A DNA stretch of 64,000 bases from Octopus sinensis (Eukaryota): the NCBI RefSeq assembly GCF_006345805.1, contig NC_042997.1, forward strand, positions 123,876,001 to 123,940,000, given 5' to 3'. Made by a program: the position numbers and the translations under genes. Positions 11,343 through 26,266 of the stretch are shown piece after piece. Under the pieces are notes generated by a model that saw only the letters and a list, made by a program, of their open reading frames with translations, ran no database searches and was not told the DNA's origin. Numbering within the stretch: position 1 is the first letter of the stretch; every line of letters starts with the position of its first letter.

Positions 11343-12646
11343 GTAAAGGTGTGTGTATGTATATATAAATATGTACTCAAACTCACATAAATGCACAAGT
11401 ATATATTGCATATCAGATATATAAAGTCTATTAAAAGTCTATTTTACTTCATGGGAATGTAATTGGTTATCACAATAACTCGGGAAGATCCTATGAACGT
11501 ATACCACATGATATGTAGATATATGCAAAAATATGTATGAATACATGCAAGCTTGTATGTATGCGTACATGTTTCCTTTCATTTTTTTTTCGACTTTAAC
11601 TAGTTTCAGCCGAAGAGTGAGGCTATTCTACAGCACATATATGTGCGTGCGTATGTGTTTCTGTGTGTGTATACATATATATAACCATACACGAAACACT
11701 GGTTGTTCCAAATGCATTTGGATGCCTAATCGTAATAGTTCATCAGGATAACAATTTATTGCACTTGATAACTATCGAGTAAACACTGTAACGGCATGAC
11801 CTACGTGGATGCTCTAAATCACAGACTATTAAGGATACATCAAACTCTACACACTGTCTATCTATCTACTTATAGAGACATACATATACAAGAATACATA
11901 TATATATATATATATATATACATATATTTTTATTATTACTATTATTATTATTGTTGGTGTTGTTGTTGTTATTATTATCAGTTGTAAATTTAAATAGTTG
12001 GTAATAACAACAGCAATAATGTAGGTGGTCGCAGGCCTTTAATAGCATTAGATAGATATAGAATTAAAAATCTATATGTACCATAAGGGCATATAACTCG
12101 TCTACCTGCTAGTAAAAGGAGTTAACACCCCCTCTTAAACCAGCGATAAATTCAACGGAAAAAACAAAAGTAGTCGGGTGAATAGATTAAAATATTTTGA
12201 CATACCAAGTCAAATCAGGGCTATATATTTTTGTATTTGGATACACTTGAATCATGATTTCTAGTTCTGGCGCAATGCCTTCTCTACCATCAGCAAGTTT
12301 TAACAAGTTAAAAAATTTCAACTCCTCAGGTAGAAGTCCACTGGCGTTCAGAATTGTTTTGAGCCAAAATCAGAACGGCTTCAATGTAAATATAATAAGG
12401 AGTAAATATTCAGAAGTGAATATTTGTGCAGATATTATTTTTGTTATTATTATCTGCGGTAAATATTAACAGTTGATAATAACAGCAGTAATGTAGCGGG
12501 CTTCAAGCCTTAAATATCTTTAGATAGCCATAGAATTACAATTTACAGAGTAGACATCTTATTGAAAAATACATGTATAGATCAAAACAGTTGGATTGAT
12601 TCAAATTCGTTGGTACACTTAAGTTTCAAGTATGATGCTAGTCGTT

Positions 12647-12881
12647 GGCCATTTTGAATTTAAATGACGGAAGTTGATTGTTATTACTGTAAGGTGGGCT
12701 GTGATTGGTGGAGGCGGGTAACGCGCTGTCCTGGTTTGATATTGGTACATGGGTAAAAGTTAGTTGGAAAATACCGCATGGTGAACAGGAAATTGGCCAC
12801 GTGGAGGACAGGATGTAGACCACGCGGTGATTAGAAAATCGGTCATGTTGCTGGGGTAAGTTGGAAGGGACGGCATGCGCA
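12647..12881. promoter_or_regulatory. Promoter-like motif cluster
   Basis: YY1-like GGCCATTTT 12647, ETS CGGAAGT 12668, CCAAT (ATTGG) 12704 and 12792, GC-box GGAGGCGGG 12710, E-box CACGTG 12798, NRF1-like GCATGCGCA 12873, and donor-like GG|GTAAGT 12856. The segment is GC/CpG-enriched and not a recognisable repeat. Confidence 0.4.
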
Positions 12882-13489
12882 AGTATATAGTTCGGCATGT
12901 GGATGAATAGACTCGCTCGTATAGTTTTGATGCATGTGTATATTACTGAAAGCGTGCGCATTTCTACAAGTGTGCACATACGCACGTCAGCAGACTGACA
13001 CGCGAACATGCACACGCACATACATACAAAAGCGTACGCGCTCAAGAGTACCAACGAATGTGAATCACACTATTTTGATCTACATATCTGATAATATAAT
13101 AATGAATTCAGTGTTTTTAACACACACACACACATTTCGTCTCTCTTTCTTTCACCCTCTTTTGCTTCCTTCCTCTCTCTCTCTCTCACTCTCTCTCTCT
13201 CTCACTCCTCCTCATCTCTCTCACAGCCGGGTTTACGAACTTCCTTTCGCCGGCGGCCTTGTTCAAGTAAACATGTTTCTCCCTGCGCTCGTGAAAAAAA
13301 TTTTTTTTTCCTCGTCTAGGCTTATAGGCCCTCTTTATTTGTTTTTCTGTCCTGATTCTATTCCGTCTTGTATTGTATTTTATTTTGTATTTGTTTTTAA
13401 TTGTATTGTTTTTACGTCCTGTTTTTGTCACACTTTTTTTTCCTTGCTTTTACCCCTCTGCAAAGGAATTTTATTTAATTCTTTCGCAG

Positions 13490-13552
13490 GATGGACTAGT
13501 TCGACGAAACGTGTTCTGTCCTCACCTTCGAAACATGCTGGAGTTGAACTAG
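13490..13552 (+). other. Candidate exon after a strong acceptor (DGLVRRNVFCPHLRNMLELN*); product unrecognised
   Basis: Long pyrimidine tract ending TTCTTTCGCAG|G at 13489, then a 20-codon open frame to TAG. Confidence 0.2.
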
Positions 13553-14941
13553 GGACAGCTGATGAAGGAGATTTTTCCTTGTGTAGTTGTCTTGTACTCT
13601 GTTTTTTCGTTGTTAAAAAAATGGTCCGTTCCATGCTGTTTTTACGTTTTCGTTTCTCGTTGAGTTCTACGACTATTTGTGGTGTCCTGTACACACGTAT
13701 ATATATTTATATATGCATGTATATATACATGTAGATGTAGGTACGTACATATATGTTTGTATGTATGCATATATTTTATTTTTTACACTATATATATATA
13801 TATATATTTGTCCAAAATCAGAGAGTAGGAGAAGGATGCAGTATGAGAAAGAGTAGTATAAGTGAAGGGAGAGGAGAGGAAATAGTAATTTAGTGAAGGA
13901 AAAGTAGTGAGCGTAATAGCTGTGACTGAGAGAGAGTGAGAGAAAGCAATAGCAATGTGAGAAAGGAAGTAGAAATGAGCGTTTCAAATCTGTGTGAGTA
14001 TAAGTATGTGTATGTAAAAGGGAGTTATGTGATTTTTTTGTGTGTGCGTGTGCGTTCGTGGTTATGTGTGTGTGTATGTGCAATGGAAATGGAATGGTGA
14101 ACTTTCAACACTGAAAAGAAAACTCAAACAGCATTTCAGCTCTGTTTGAGTATATGCGTGTATGTGTGTGCGTGTACAACGGAAGTGTGTGAATGTTTGT
14201 ATGTGATTATTTTATATTCGTTGTTGCTACTATATGTATCGGCATATATATTCAAATCAATTGCATTAGTGTTTTATTATCATATTTTTTATTGCTATTA
14301 TTACGTTTATTTATTTTTTCTTATTGTAGCCTGCAAATTTATAATTTTCGATCGTAGCAGGGATACATTAAGGGTTACTTCTCTTCCACCGCTTCTTGTG
14401 TATTTCATAGTATCATTAAGTAAATCATTTGTATTTTCGTTACTCTTTTTATTATAGAAATCATTTGACTTTTTACTATTTTGTGCTGATATAATTTGTG
14501 CAATGTTTTTGAAAAGCAGAAACCCACCTTTAATTTGTATGCGTATACTATTTTGTGATATTTGTTTTCGTTTGAAAAATGCTTAGAGAGATCTTTCTAA
14601 AAGAATTTCATTATATTACTTTCTATGTAATTCTTTTTAGAGTAACTTTTCTTGGCGTCAATTATATTTATACATGGGATGTAATTCTTTACAGGATCAG
14701 TATGTTGTTATTTCGTTTATAATTTAGGCTGCTTTTCATTCAAATCGTCACAATTATCGTTATTATAGTGTTTTGTTTTAGGCCTATGCTATTATCTCTA
14801 AATCTTCTTAGTTCCTTACGGTTTCTATCCTTGTTACTTGTGTTTGGTTTATTTATGGCTTCTATTTGTTCCTTGGATATTGCCTACTGTGGGTGTTGTT
14901 TAACCTCTAGCTATTTTGAGAACGAAATCTAAAGACACAAT

Positions 14942-14975
<34 letters not shown>

Positions 14976-15224
14976 ACACGCATACACACACACATACTAC
15001 TACCATTCAGTCTGTAAGGAACGCTCCATCCCTTAAAATGTACAAGAATATGTCACAATTTCTGCACTGAAGAGATTTTTACTCTTTAAATTCATACTGG
15101 AATTTTATTATAAAATAAGATTGAAGATAAGAAATCGAAACTTGGCAACATGAAATTCAAAAGTATATAAAGAAATAATTTTTGTTATTCTTTAATTCTT
15201 TTATTCTTTCATTTGCTTCAACCG

Positions 15225-15382
15225 TTATGACTATGACCATACTGGAGCAACATCTTTTATTGGAAGAAATGGAACACTGGCAATATTCTTTGTAAGCCTG
15301 GTACTTGCCAAACCGCCAAGTTACGTGAACGTAATCAAGAGTGGTTGTCAAGCGATATATACATACATATATATACATATAT

Positions 15383-15459
<77 letters not shown>

Positions 15460-15644
15460 TTGTGTGTATGTGAGTGTGTGTGTGTATACAATAGGTACTT
15501 TTCAGTGTCCATCCACCAAATCAACTCACAAGGCTTTCGTCGATCCGAGGCTATAGTAGAACACACTCGTCCAACGTTTCATGCAGTGGAATTAGACGCG
15601 GAACCATGTGGTTGGGAGCAAGCTTCTGACCAACAGCCACACCT
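15225..15644 (-). mobile_element. tRNA-headed CORE-like SINE with internal (TA)n/(TG)n tract
   Basis: Head and ...CTACTATAGCCTCGG...AAAGCCTTGTGAG... body at 15490-15644, microsatellite 15355-15487, 3' part CGCTTGACAACC...GGTTTGGCAAG at 15300-15354. Same layout as 46090 and 57203. Confidence 0.75.
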
Positions 15645-16629
15645 AGAAAGAAAGAGAGAGAGAGAGAGAGAGGGGCTATATGTCAAGCAAAGTAGATAGT
15701 TAGAAAATCTCTCTAAGTGATGAAAATAGCAACTATATTGACAAGTAATGTTGCCATTTCAATAAGTCGTTTCGTTACGAACCAATGTCTATCATTTTAA
15801 CCTCAGGAGCAAGCCTCAACTGGCGGGTTATCGATTCATTCTGCAAGCCGGAGACAAAAGCCCCTACCATCTTCTAGTGACTTTACATGACCAATAGACC
15901 GTTCAGTTTTCAGCTATTTTTGCCCATCTACAGAGCTGGATACCTAGACATAATTGTAGTTCGTTACAGCTCGCAATATATAGAAAAATGCGCGACAAAA
16001 TTAAGGTCAGTCACTGATATTCCAGCAAGCAAAAATAAAGTTGGATAGTTTTTAAAAGCACATCATACATATATGTATATACATAAATGTATGTATTTTT
16101 ACAAGAATTGTTATTAGATTGATTGCCTCTTCCGTTTATCTATCAACCTACCAACCTACATATCTATCGATTAATTTGGCTATCTGTATTTCTATATTAG
16201 TGTCAAGTGATACATATTTGTGAGTGTGTGTGAGTGAGTGAGTGTATGTATATTCATATGAATACATATTACCATAGATATACATTTAACATATTACATA
16301 CATCCATACGGTTGTATTCTCTGATGGCATGAACCTACAGACTTTATTATGGATCGCCGAGCCCAAGAAACAGCTGTTGGGTTTGTAATACCTTTATTCC
16401 ACACATTTAATATTCTTTATTATTTGTTTTTTGTGTCCATTGGACCATTTTGTATGTATACATGATTACATATTGTGTAATTCATGTATTCAATATACTA
16501 ATTTGCTTATCCTCACGTTTACTTCTATACCCGCTCAAATTTAAATATTTTGAGCACTACTAACAGTATGAACTATATATGTGCGTGCGTGTGTGTGCGT
16601 GCATGCATGTGTTTGTGTGAGTGTGAGCT

Positions 16630-17590
16630 ATGCTAGGTGGAATCCCTGCTCAACCTCATTAACAAGTTGTGCATGGAATAAATAATAGTCCAACCAAACA
16701 GGACAAACAATATACTTGATATCTGATTCACAAACAATGTGGATCTCATCCATAATGTAAAAGTGACACCGACACTAATCTCGAATCACAACATAATAGA
16801 GCTGACCATCTATGGACCAAAGGAACCCACAGACATGAAGCCTATGTGAAGCACCTAAAATCTATTCATTCTGAACTACCACAAAACAGAATGGAATTCA
16901 ATTGAGAAAGATATCACCAAACCAGACTGGCCCTAATGTCTCTCTACACCTGATATAAGCATGGATTTAAAAATCTTCATGTCTGTAATGCAAGTCATAT
17001 GCTACAGTATTGTTCCAGAGACAAGGGCCACAGAAACAAGATTTCCAAGAAGAGAAATGTTCTTATGAGACGGCATACAAAGAGTGCAAACCGCTTCATC
17101 TGAGAACTAAACGGCAGTGAGAAACCCCGCCTGGAAACAGCACTGTTGGAGACTGAAAAACAACTGAAGTACTCCCATGAGAAGGCAAGGCCAGGCACGG
17201 AAGACTTGATCATAAAAAAATATCAATCAGACCCTAAATCCTTCTGTAAGTACGCCATAGTGTCTGATTCTGTGCATTGCAGATTGAAGCACTGAATGAA
17301 CAGTTCAAAAGTGTCTTCAACCCACTCCTACGGCAAAGGCAAGTTAGCAAGCCTGTAGAATTCTTTACTGCTACAGAAGCTTAACGTCGAAGAAAAGAAT
17401 GTAATGCTGCCAATAGATGATAGAGACGCAATCTCGGCTGTTGGTCCTGATGGATTTCCAGCAGTCTTTCTCAAGTCAGAAAAACGAATCCTTGCCAAAT
17501 CATTGCAGCTACTTTCTCAGGGTTTCTTCACAAATAGTAAGCTCCCGAACAAACTAAAGAAGGGAATAACATCTATTTATAGGTGAAGGG
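16630..17590 (+). mobile_element. Decayed CR1-like LINE ORF2 fragment (end of APE endonuclease to start of RT)
   Basis: Degenerate translations LLNLINKLCME*IIVQPNRTNNILDI*FTNN...SNHNIIEL and GPDGFPAVFLK...LAKSLQLL...LPNKLKKG; many stops and frameshifts. Confidence 0.7.
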
Positions 17591-18704
17591 AAAGCTGTTT
17601 TGGCAGCTTTGTTTTAAAATAATTTAAAACAAATTCTCTCATTGCTTGAAAAACATTTCAGCCGAAATCATTTAGATTTTAGGCATAATTATTCTAAAAG
17701 GTATTTCGGTACGCTTCTAGAAATTTCCATGAGAAGTTATAAAAGCCTGGATTTTTTCCGAATTTAGTTAGTGTATAGCGTGCTTTCTAGAAGCTATGTC
17801 ACTCACTCTCACATGCACTTGTGTTTTAACGTTTTTGCTATAATGAAACAGAACGTTACTTTCTTCCATGATGATCTTAAGTCATAAATCTAATGCTTCA
17901 TTTACTTTATTTAAAATGAAATAGATAGGTAATTTAATTGTTGTCATTTCTTTGTGACAGATAAATCTTAGATAAAAATTCAGAATTAACTTCCTGCTAT
18001 GTGTATGTTTTCTTACGTCTTTCTTTATTGACAAAGGAAGATTACTCACATGCATTTATATTTAATTGTAATTAAACTTATCAGTAAAATCAACGAAAAC
18101 AAAAATAGACATCTTTGAAATTAATGTTTTAATACTTCTCCACAAAAGTGCATTTGACGATTCTTGTCATTTTCACAACAGCAAGTGGCAAAATAAATTA
18201 GTTTTAAATGAAGACATACATATTATTCACATACATGTCAGTCAATCTTAATATATTATATCTGGGGAATACATCAGCAACCACAGAGTATATATATATA
18301 TGAAGACGACAGAATTAGAACCGAAAATACAACAAAATAGGTATAGAATCTTCGTCGACAAAATATGGTATCGATTAAAATGCATAACCAAAGCATCTCA
18401 GAATTTAGGAATTTGCCAAGATGTATCCTAAATATGAGTAAGGACAGAAAAATAATATATATATTTCCCATTCTTTTGGTGTTTTTATACTAAAATCATT
18501 GACTCTATACTAAATATATTCGGTGTTTGAAGTTCGGATTTACAAATTGGTCAGGCAGCAGAATATAACGCTACGGCCCTATATGGATTGAAATCTTTCT
18601 CACGGGACAAGTTAGTGAATAACGTCCAATCCTTACAGAATGTTTATAAAGTATTCAGCTGGAATCTTAATCCCCATTTTCCATTATATACATATACATA
18701 TATA

Positions 18705-18829
<125 letters not shown>

Positions 18830-18840
18830 CACATCTGTTA

Positions 18841-18901
18841 TTACCGTATTGGTCCCAATTTCGGGGTTAATTCATAAGAATTTCCCCCTCTTCAGCGATA
18901 A
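18841..18901 (-). ncRNA. Type I hammerhead ribozyme motif (inverted copy)
   Basis: Exact reverse complement of 19373-19433. Confidence 0.8.
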
Positions 18902-19372
18902 ATACGTGAGATATAAGTGAAATACTTACTCATACTTACCCCGAAATTGGGACCAATAGGGTAATAACGGATTTTTTAGAAATTTCTATCGGTTTGTTTC
19001 GAGACGCAGAAATTATAATGGTTATTGACAATTGTTGTCTTTTTTTTTCGGCATATTTGGCATTAGAAATTTTCTTCTGCCCTCATTTTGTAAATTATTT
19101 ATAAATTTAACCTTTAAAAGTTTTTTTGATATGCTGGCCATTGATAAAATGTTTTTCTCGAAAACATTTTTATCCTACATTAGTTATATATTGAAAAGTG
19201 TTCACTTCCGGATTCTCTCACTCTGTGAAGTTTCTAGTTCGAATCACACGTGTCTCGAGATGTGCCGAATATTTTCTATTTTGGATATATTTGGGCTACT
19301 TAGGTCTGCTCAGGACTTAGTGCTTGCTTTTTCCATGGGTATGAGTAAGTATTTCACTTATATCACACGTAT

Positions 19373-19433
19373 TTATCGCTGAAGAGGGGAAAATTCTTAT
19401 GAATTAACCCCGAAATTGGGACCAATACGGTAA
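19373..19433 (+). ncRNA. Type I hammerhead ribozyme motif
   Basis: TTATCG-CTGAAGA-GGGG(GA.AATTC.TTAT.GAATT.AA)CCCC-GAAA-TTG.GGAC.CAA-TA-CGGTAA: stem I 6 bp, intact core, extended stem II, 4-bp stem III with tetraloop. Predicted cleavage after A19427. Confidence 0.85.
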
Positions 19434-19751
19434 TAACGGATTTTTTAGAAATTCCTATCGGTTTGTTTCGAGACGCAGAAATTATAATGGTTATTGACAA
19501 TTTTTTGTCTTTTTTTCGGCATATTTGGCATTAGAATTTTTCTTCTGACCTCATTTTGTAAATTATTTATAAATTTAACCTTTAAAAGTTTTTTTGATAT
19601 GCTGGCCATTGATAAAATGTTTTTCTCGACAAAAATTTTATCCTACATTAGTTATATATATATATAAGCGTCCAATAATACTATTTTTGTTCTACGTCCT
19701 CGCGTTGTTGTGTTTTTTTTTTGTGCTTTCTTGTTTGGATTAACTTTATAT

Positions 19752-19859
<108 letters not shown>

Positions 19860-19862
19860 TAC

Positions 19863-19894
<32 letters not shown>

Positions 19895-19896
19895 GG

Positions 19897-20150
19897 GGGA
19901 GGCGTGTAGAGGCGGTTGGCTTAGTGGCTAGGGTGTCAATATCATGTTCGTAGGATTGTGATTTCGATTCCTGGACCGGGCGACGCGTTGTGTTCTTGAA
20001 CAAAACACTTCACTTCACGTTGCTCCAGTCCACTCAGCTGGCTTACATGAGTAACGCTGCGATGGACTGGCGTCCAGTCCAGCTGGAGAACACAATAGCC
20101 ATTGAAAACGGGAAACCAGGCCTATGAGCCTGGCTAGGCTTTAATAGGGC
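19897..20150 (+). mobile_element. tRNA-headed SINE family C (head and centre shared with family B, different tail)
   Basis: GGCTTAGTGGCTAGGG...GATTTCGATTCC head; centre CGACGCGTTGTGTTCTTGAACAAAACACTT...TTGCTCCAGTCCACTCAGCTGG as at 50211-49887 (-). The tail GAAACC.GGCC.ATGAGCCTGGCTAGGCTTTAA recurs at 40265-40310 (-). Confidence 0.75.
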
Positions 20151-20250
20151 GGACGTATTATATATATACATACATATATATATATTTATTTATATGTATA
20201 TTTATAAATATATATATATATATTTATATATATATGTTTATATATATATA

Positions 20251-20286
<36 letters not shown>

Positions 20287-20802
20287 AATATATATATATA
20301 TATAAATACTTATACGTGTATTTTAGAGTATACACATATATTATATAGAGAAATTGAAATTGGCATATGCAATCTCATAATAAGAAAGATTATAGTCGTT
20401 TGCTTCCATTCAATTATCCTTTCGTTTTTTTGTATTTTCTATATTTTCGGTTTTATAAAAAGACATTAAACATTAGTAGAATATATGGTGAAGTGGGTAA
20501 ATTTATTGATTTGCAAAGACATAAAATAGATGTCTGCGTCTCTGGCAATGGTTTTTACAAGATAATATGAGAAATGGAATATTAGTAAGTTGAAACATAA
20601 AAATAGTGTAGAACAAAATATTCTAAATAACTATATGACATACAATATAATTATTCATAATGATATAGTTTGAGTTAGCCAACAGTGGAGTCACTGGTGC
20701 TCGTAGTTAGTCTTATGCAAAATACTAACGGCTGTGAGATAAAAAGAAAATTTTTTGATCGAAATATTAATACTTTAAAGTAGCTAATATTGGATGATGG
20801 TG

Positions 20803-20833
<31 letters not shown>

Positions 20834-20966
20834 TGGTTATGTTGATGATGATTACGATGGCGATTATGATGATGATCATATTAATAATAATAATAATAAG
20901 ACAACAGTATTCACAAAATTCCCGTAACTATCAGTGTGCGGTAATGCATATATTATCTGTGATTTA

Positions 20967-21039
<73 letters not shown>

Positions 21040-21642
21040 GTATGTATATGTATATACGTACATGTATACATAAGCATGTATGTAGTCTCTTCTGTTTTTA
21101 AACATTTAAATTCTTCCTCTGGAGAAGTTTCTTCAAAGACACAGCTGGTTTTTAACAAAGATACAGAGCTCCATCATAGCTATGTAGCTAGCGAAAACAA
21201 TGTTGTATATATATATAAGCGCACGAATATTATACAAGCCAAAATACTAACGTATGACTGAATACATTGTGTGTTTTTTTGTGAAATCTACTGATCACTA
21301 CAATAAATTTTATCAGTTCGAAAGCTTTAGATTTATTATTGTAAAGACATTTCTCATCTGTTCAAACAATAAATTCTGAAAGTAAGCCATGGTGAGAGTG
21401 TACAGTTGTCGTTCGACATCCTATAGATACAGTAGATTTAGGAACCTCCAACAATCTAACGACATCTCGCTGTCGTAAAATTAAGAGGACAATATAGAAC
21501 TAAGAAGTATACTGGAAAAACAAAACGGTAGTCGTGACCGACACAGTCAGCTTATACTAGTGTTAGCCAACGATATATGAGAAGTTACACAGATTTCTGT
21601 AGAGCAGGAATATTTTATATGTACATGTATATATATACATAT

Positions 21643-21702
<60 letters not shown>

Positions 21703-21972
21703 ATAAGCGTGTGTGTGTATGTATGTATCTATGTAAGTACGTATGTATATATGTGTGTGTATGTGTGTGTAAGTAAAGTTAGGATTCAGTTATCAAGGTG
21801 TAGGAAGTTAGTAAGTTTCGAGGAGTTTGTACAAGTTATAAAACACAACTTTCAGGAACAATAGTGGTTTACTGACGTAGAAGCTTTCAGATTTTACCAA
21901 TATCGAAGTTCAGCAAGGTGGAAAATGTTCACGGTAAGCAGTTGGCATTGCAGTTTATGCGAATAAAAAAAT

Positions 21973-22018
<46 letters not shown>

Positions 22019-22019
22019 A

Positions 22020-22226
22020 TACCAGATTAAGCACATCCATGCGAAACAAGGTGGAAAAAATAGTACTCGAATACCAGAGACAGTGTAATATGTTTTATTA
22101 AAAAGCATTAAAAATATCACAAAAATTGTTACTCCGAGTTACTCAGATTCTAAAAGTAACTCTTCGACGAACGGGAACGTGAAACTCTGAGTAACAGTTT
22201 TTGTGATATTTTTGATGCTTTTTGAG

Positions 22227-22230
<4 letters not shown>
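22020..22230. mobile_element. PLE-type terminal-repeat fragment with inverted arms and a 3' part of an HHR
   Basis: Same tail as 26784. Arms ~22095-22140 / 22183-22228. TCGACGA-ACG.GGAA.CGT-GAAA-CTCTGAG-TA-ACAG at 22164-22197; the 5' strand of stem I is lost. Confidence 0.65.
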
Positions 22231-22289
<59 letters not shown>

Positions 22290-22290
22290 A

Positions 22291-22650
22291 AGCGTTGTGT
22301 GGTGAAAAATTTGCTATACAATCACATGGTTCCGGCTTCTGCACTTGGGCAATTTGTCTTACAAACCCGTCTTACATGTGGCTGTGTGAGTTTGTGCGCG
22401 TATGTGTGTCTTTGTGTGCATGCGCGTCCGTGTATTTGTGTCTATATTTACCCCACCCACCGCTTGATGAAAGGTGTTTCTGTGTTTACACTCCTGCGAT
22501 ATTGTGGTTCGGCAAAAGAAACCTGATAGAATAAGTACCAAATTTTATTACCATAAGTACTCAATTCGATTTCGTTCGACTAAAATTCTTCAAAGCAGTG
22601 CCCTAACAGGTCTACATTTAAATGACTGAAACACTAAGCGGTAAAATACA
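22291..22650 (+). mobile_element. Degenerate CORE-like SINE
   Basis: Head TGTGTGGTGAAAAATTTGCT...CACATGGTTCCGG, CACTTGGGCAA core-like motif, internal TG-rich tract, 3' GGTTCGGCAAAAGAAACC..GATAGAATAAGTAC...AAATGACTGAAAC. Confidence 0.7.
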
Positions 22651-23641
22651 TGAGCGCACACGCTTGTATGTGTGCGTATTTGTATTGGTGTGAGCATAGA
22701 TAATACTTATATACACTCATATGTACGTGCGTCATTCGCACACATACACCACTCTAAGCACACAGACGAAAAATTACTCGCACACACATATGCATACATA
22801 TATATGCGCATATCTATCTCTACTTAAACGTGGATGTTCTGCTAAAGCAAATCATATTGAGATAGATACAATTAGAGAAACCTCTGAGATTGTCTTTTTT
22901 TGCAAAATGTGTCCTTGTTTGTATCGCTTGCGAGGCGATATATGCCCGCCACCGAGACTACCAGTTCACGTATATACATATACAACAATATGTTCTTGTG
23001 TGAGCTTTTTGGAACATCATATCTCATCTGTATATTTAGCACTTCGAATTTTTAAATACGTTGCACATAGTTTCTCATAGCAGAATGCCGGTAGAAGTGC
23101 TTTTTCATGTTAACATACCTATTTTCATGCCCATACATATGCAAATAATGTAATTCCCGTAGCACAAGACATTCTATACCATTTTGTCTAACCATTTAGT
23201 CACGCACTCTCTCACACAGGCTTACAGACACGCTTTCACATTATATGACATTTACATACAGAGAAAACGACAGCCATCGCATCCCTACAATACAACGCCA
23301 TCAAATCTACACACTGGAATCCATCTAAACACATATATATATATTCTACCGACGCTGGCACACTTGCAAAATTACGCGTTCACATACGAAAGAGATCTCA
23401 TTCCTCTGCTTCCCTTCTTTACTGACTCTCATTCTAAGACCTTCATCCGAGGTTTTTGTTCTTCGCCTTAACGTTGCGTCCTTTCCCCACAATAAATAAT
23501 TTAGATACATTAGTTATATCTTATTTCGTTCCTACATGCAGGGTTTCTGTGTCTCCATCAGCCTACGTTTTCCAAAACAAAGGATAACATCTGAAATCTT
23601 ACAAAAACCCAGGTAAACAAATAACATATATCTATGTGTGT

Positions 23642-23716
<75 letters not shown>

Positions 23717-24662
23717 GGAGTGAACGCAGCACATCTACTACAGTACTGCTATGCGTATCTTCTTACAAAAAAATAATACATTTCACATTTTATGCATAGT
23801 GTTCAGAGTGACCTTCGTAATTTCATTGAATTATGTGCATATTTTACCATAAAAAGTAAATGTTACTATCGATCTATTTATGCAGAGTAGGCACTTCCTA
23901 CCTTGCCTAGCGGTACTTCTCTGGTATATGTATGTATGTGTGTATGTGTGTGTGCGTGTGTTCAGGCCACCGTAACTTAGCGGTTCGGCCGAATAAGTAA
24001 CGTAAATAGTCGGTGCGATTGCATCGACAGAACTTTGTGGTTACACTTCAAAGACTTTAACAAGTAAAAGAATAAAATGATAAAATAAATGATAATGAAT
24101 CGAAGTGTATGTGTGTGTGTGTGCAAGTGTTTGTGTGTGAGTGCGTAGGAAAATCCAGTTACAGCGTTGTATAACTTCAACTCATTCTATATATGTTTCT
24201 TCTATAATCGCACGCTTACTTTCATATCATTAACATATTATAGGTGCATGCGTGGGTAAGTGCTCAGAAGCTTGCTTCCCAGCGCCATGGGTTCAGGTTT
24301 AGTCCATATGGTCCTTTATGACTGTCCTATATATATAGATATGAGTGTGTGTGTAAAAAAATACAAACTGGGACAAGAACGCAAAACATTTAGCAGACGA
24401 TACAAAAAACACGGACATTCGAAGCCTTCAATCTACAGTCAAGAACCGGATCATCCTCGCAATTTCGGCTGATTAATCTTGAGATTGCTCCGATCTGGCC
24501 AGCCCCAAAGGAAAATCTAAGCCAAGTGCATTAGATTCCTTGGAAGAAAGCTTCGAATGTATATAAAACAAGGACGAAAAAACGGACGATGTTACACGAA
24601 TAAGAATACAAAAATACGTAAAAATAATAATGATAATAATAATAATAATAACAAAAACAGGA

Positions 24663-24707
<45 letters not shown>

Positions 24708-24721
24708 CTATGTATGTATAT

Positions 24722-25835
<1,114 letters not shown>

Positions 25836-26157
25836 GCAAGAGTTATTCAAAGATTTGAATAACATCGTAATTTTGAAAGTTCGAAACCTAGGTTCTACAT
25901 TATCCACATCTGAGTTGTACATTTATTTAATGTTCTTCCAATTGATAAGATGAAATGTTTTTGTGTTCGCCGCCTCCTAACATTTTTGCCTGTGTATATA
26001 TACAGTGAAGCTTTACTATAGCGTCGTATATTATCGACTGCTGTTTCCAGTAAATATTGGCGCATTGTTGTACTACTATCTTATTTATAGTTTAACCTGA
26101 TGGTGCTTTGTTCTACTGGGAAACAATACCACTATCTTGCACTATTCAATATTCATT

Positions 26158-26266
<109 letters not shown>

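Larger units (their letters stand above)
18837..19659 (+). mobile_element. PLE/retrozyme-like non-coding element: inverted 99-bp arm plus partial tandem direct repeat (period 469)
   Basis: Inverted repeat 18837-18935 / 19339-19437 (1 mismatch seen); direct repeat 18938-19191 / 19407-19659; flanked by (TA)n on both sides. Confidence 0.8.

Noticed and set aside
13553-13593. GGACAG-CTGATGA-AGGA.GATTTT.TCCT...TTGTCT hammerhead-like start
   Set aside because: Stems I and II can be drawn but GAAA and stem III are absent.
12934-13734. 266-aa ORF
   Set aside because: Runs through CA/CT repeats and pyrimidine tracts; the hydrophobic composition reflects T-richness and no domain is recognisable.
24340-24660. 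Repeat-like segment with an 11-bp inverted repeat (ACATTCGAAGC) and CTCAAGA...GAAA on the minus strand
   Set aside because: I could not build a valid hammerhead topology or assign a family.
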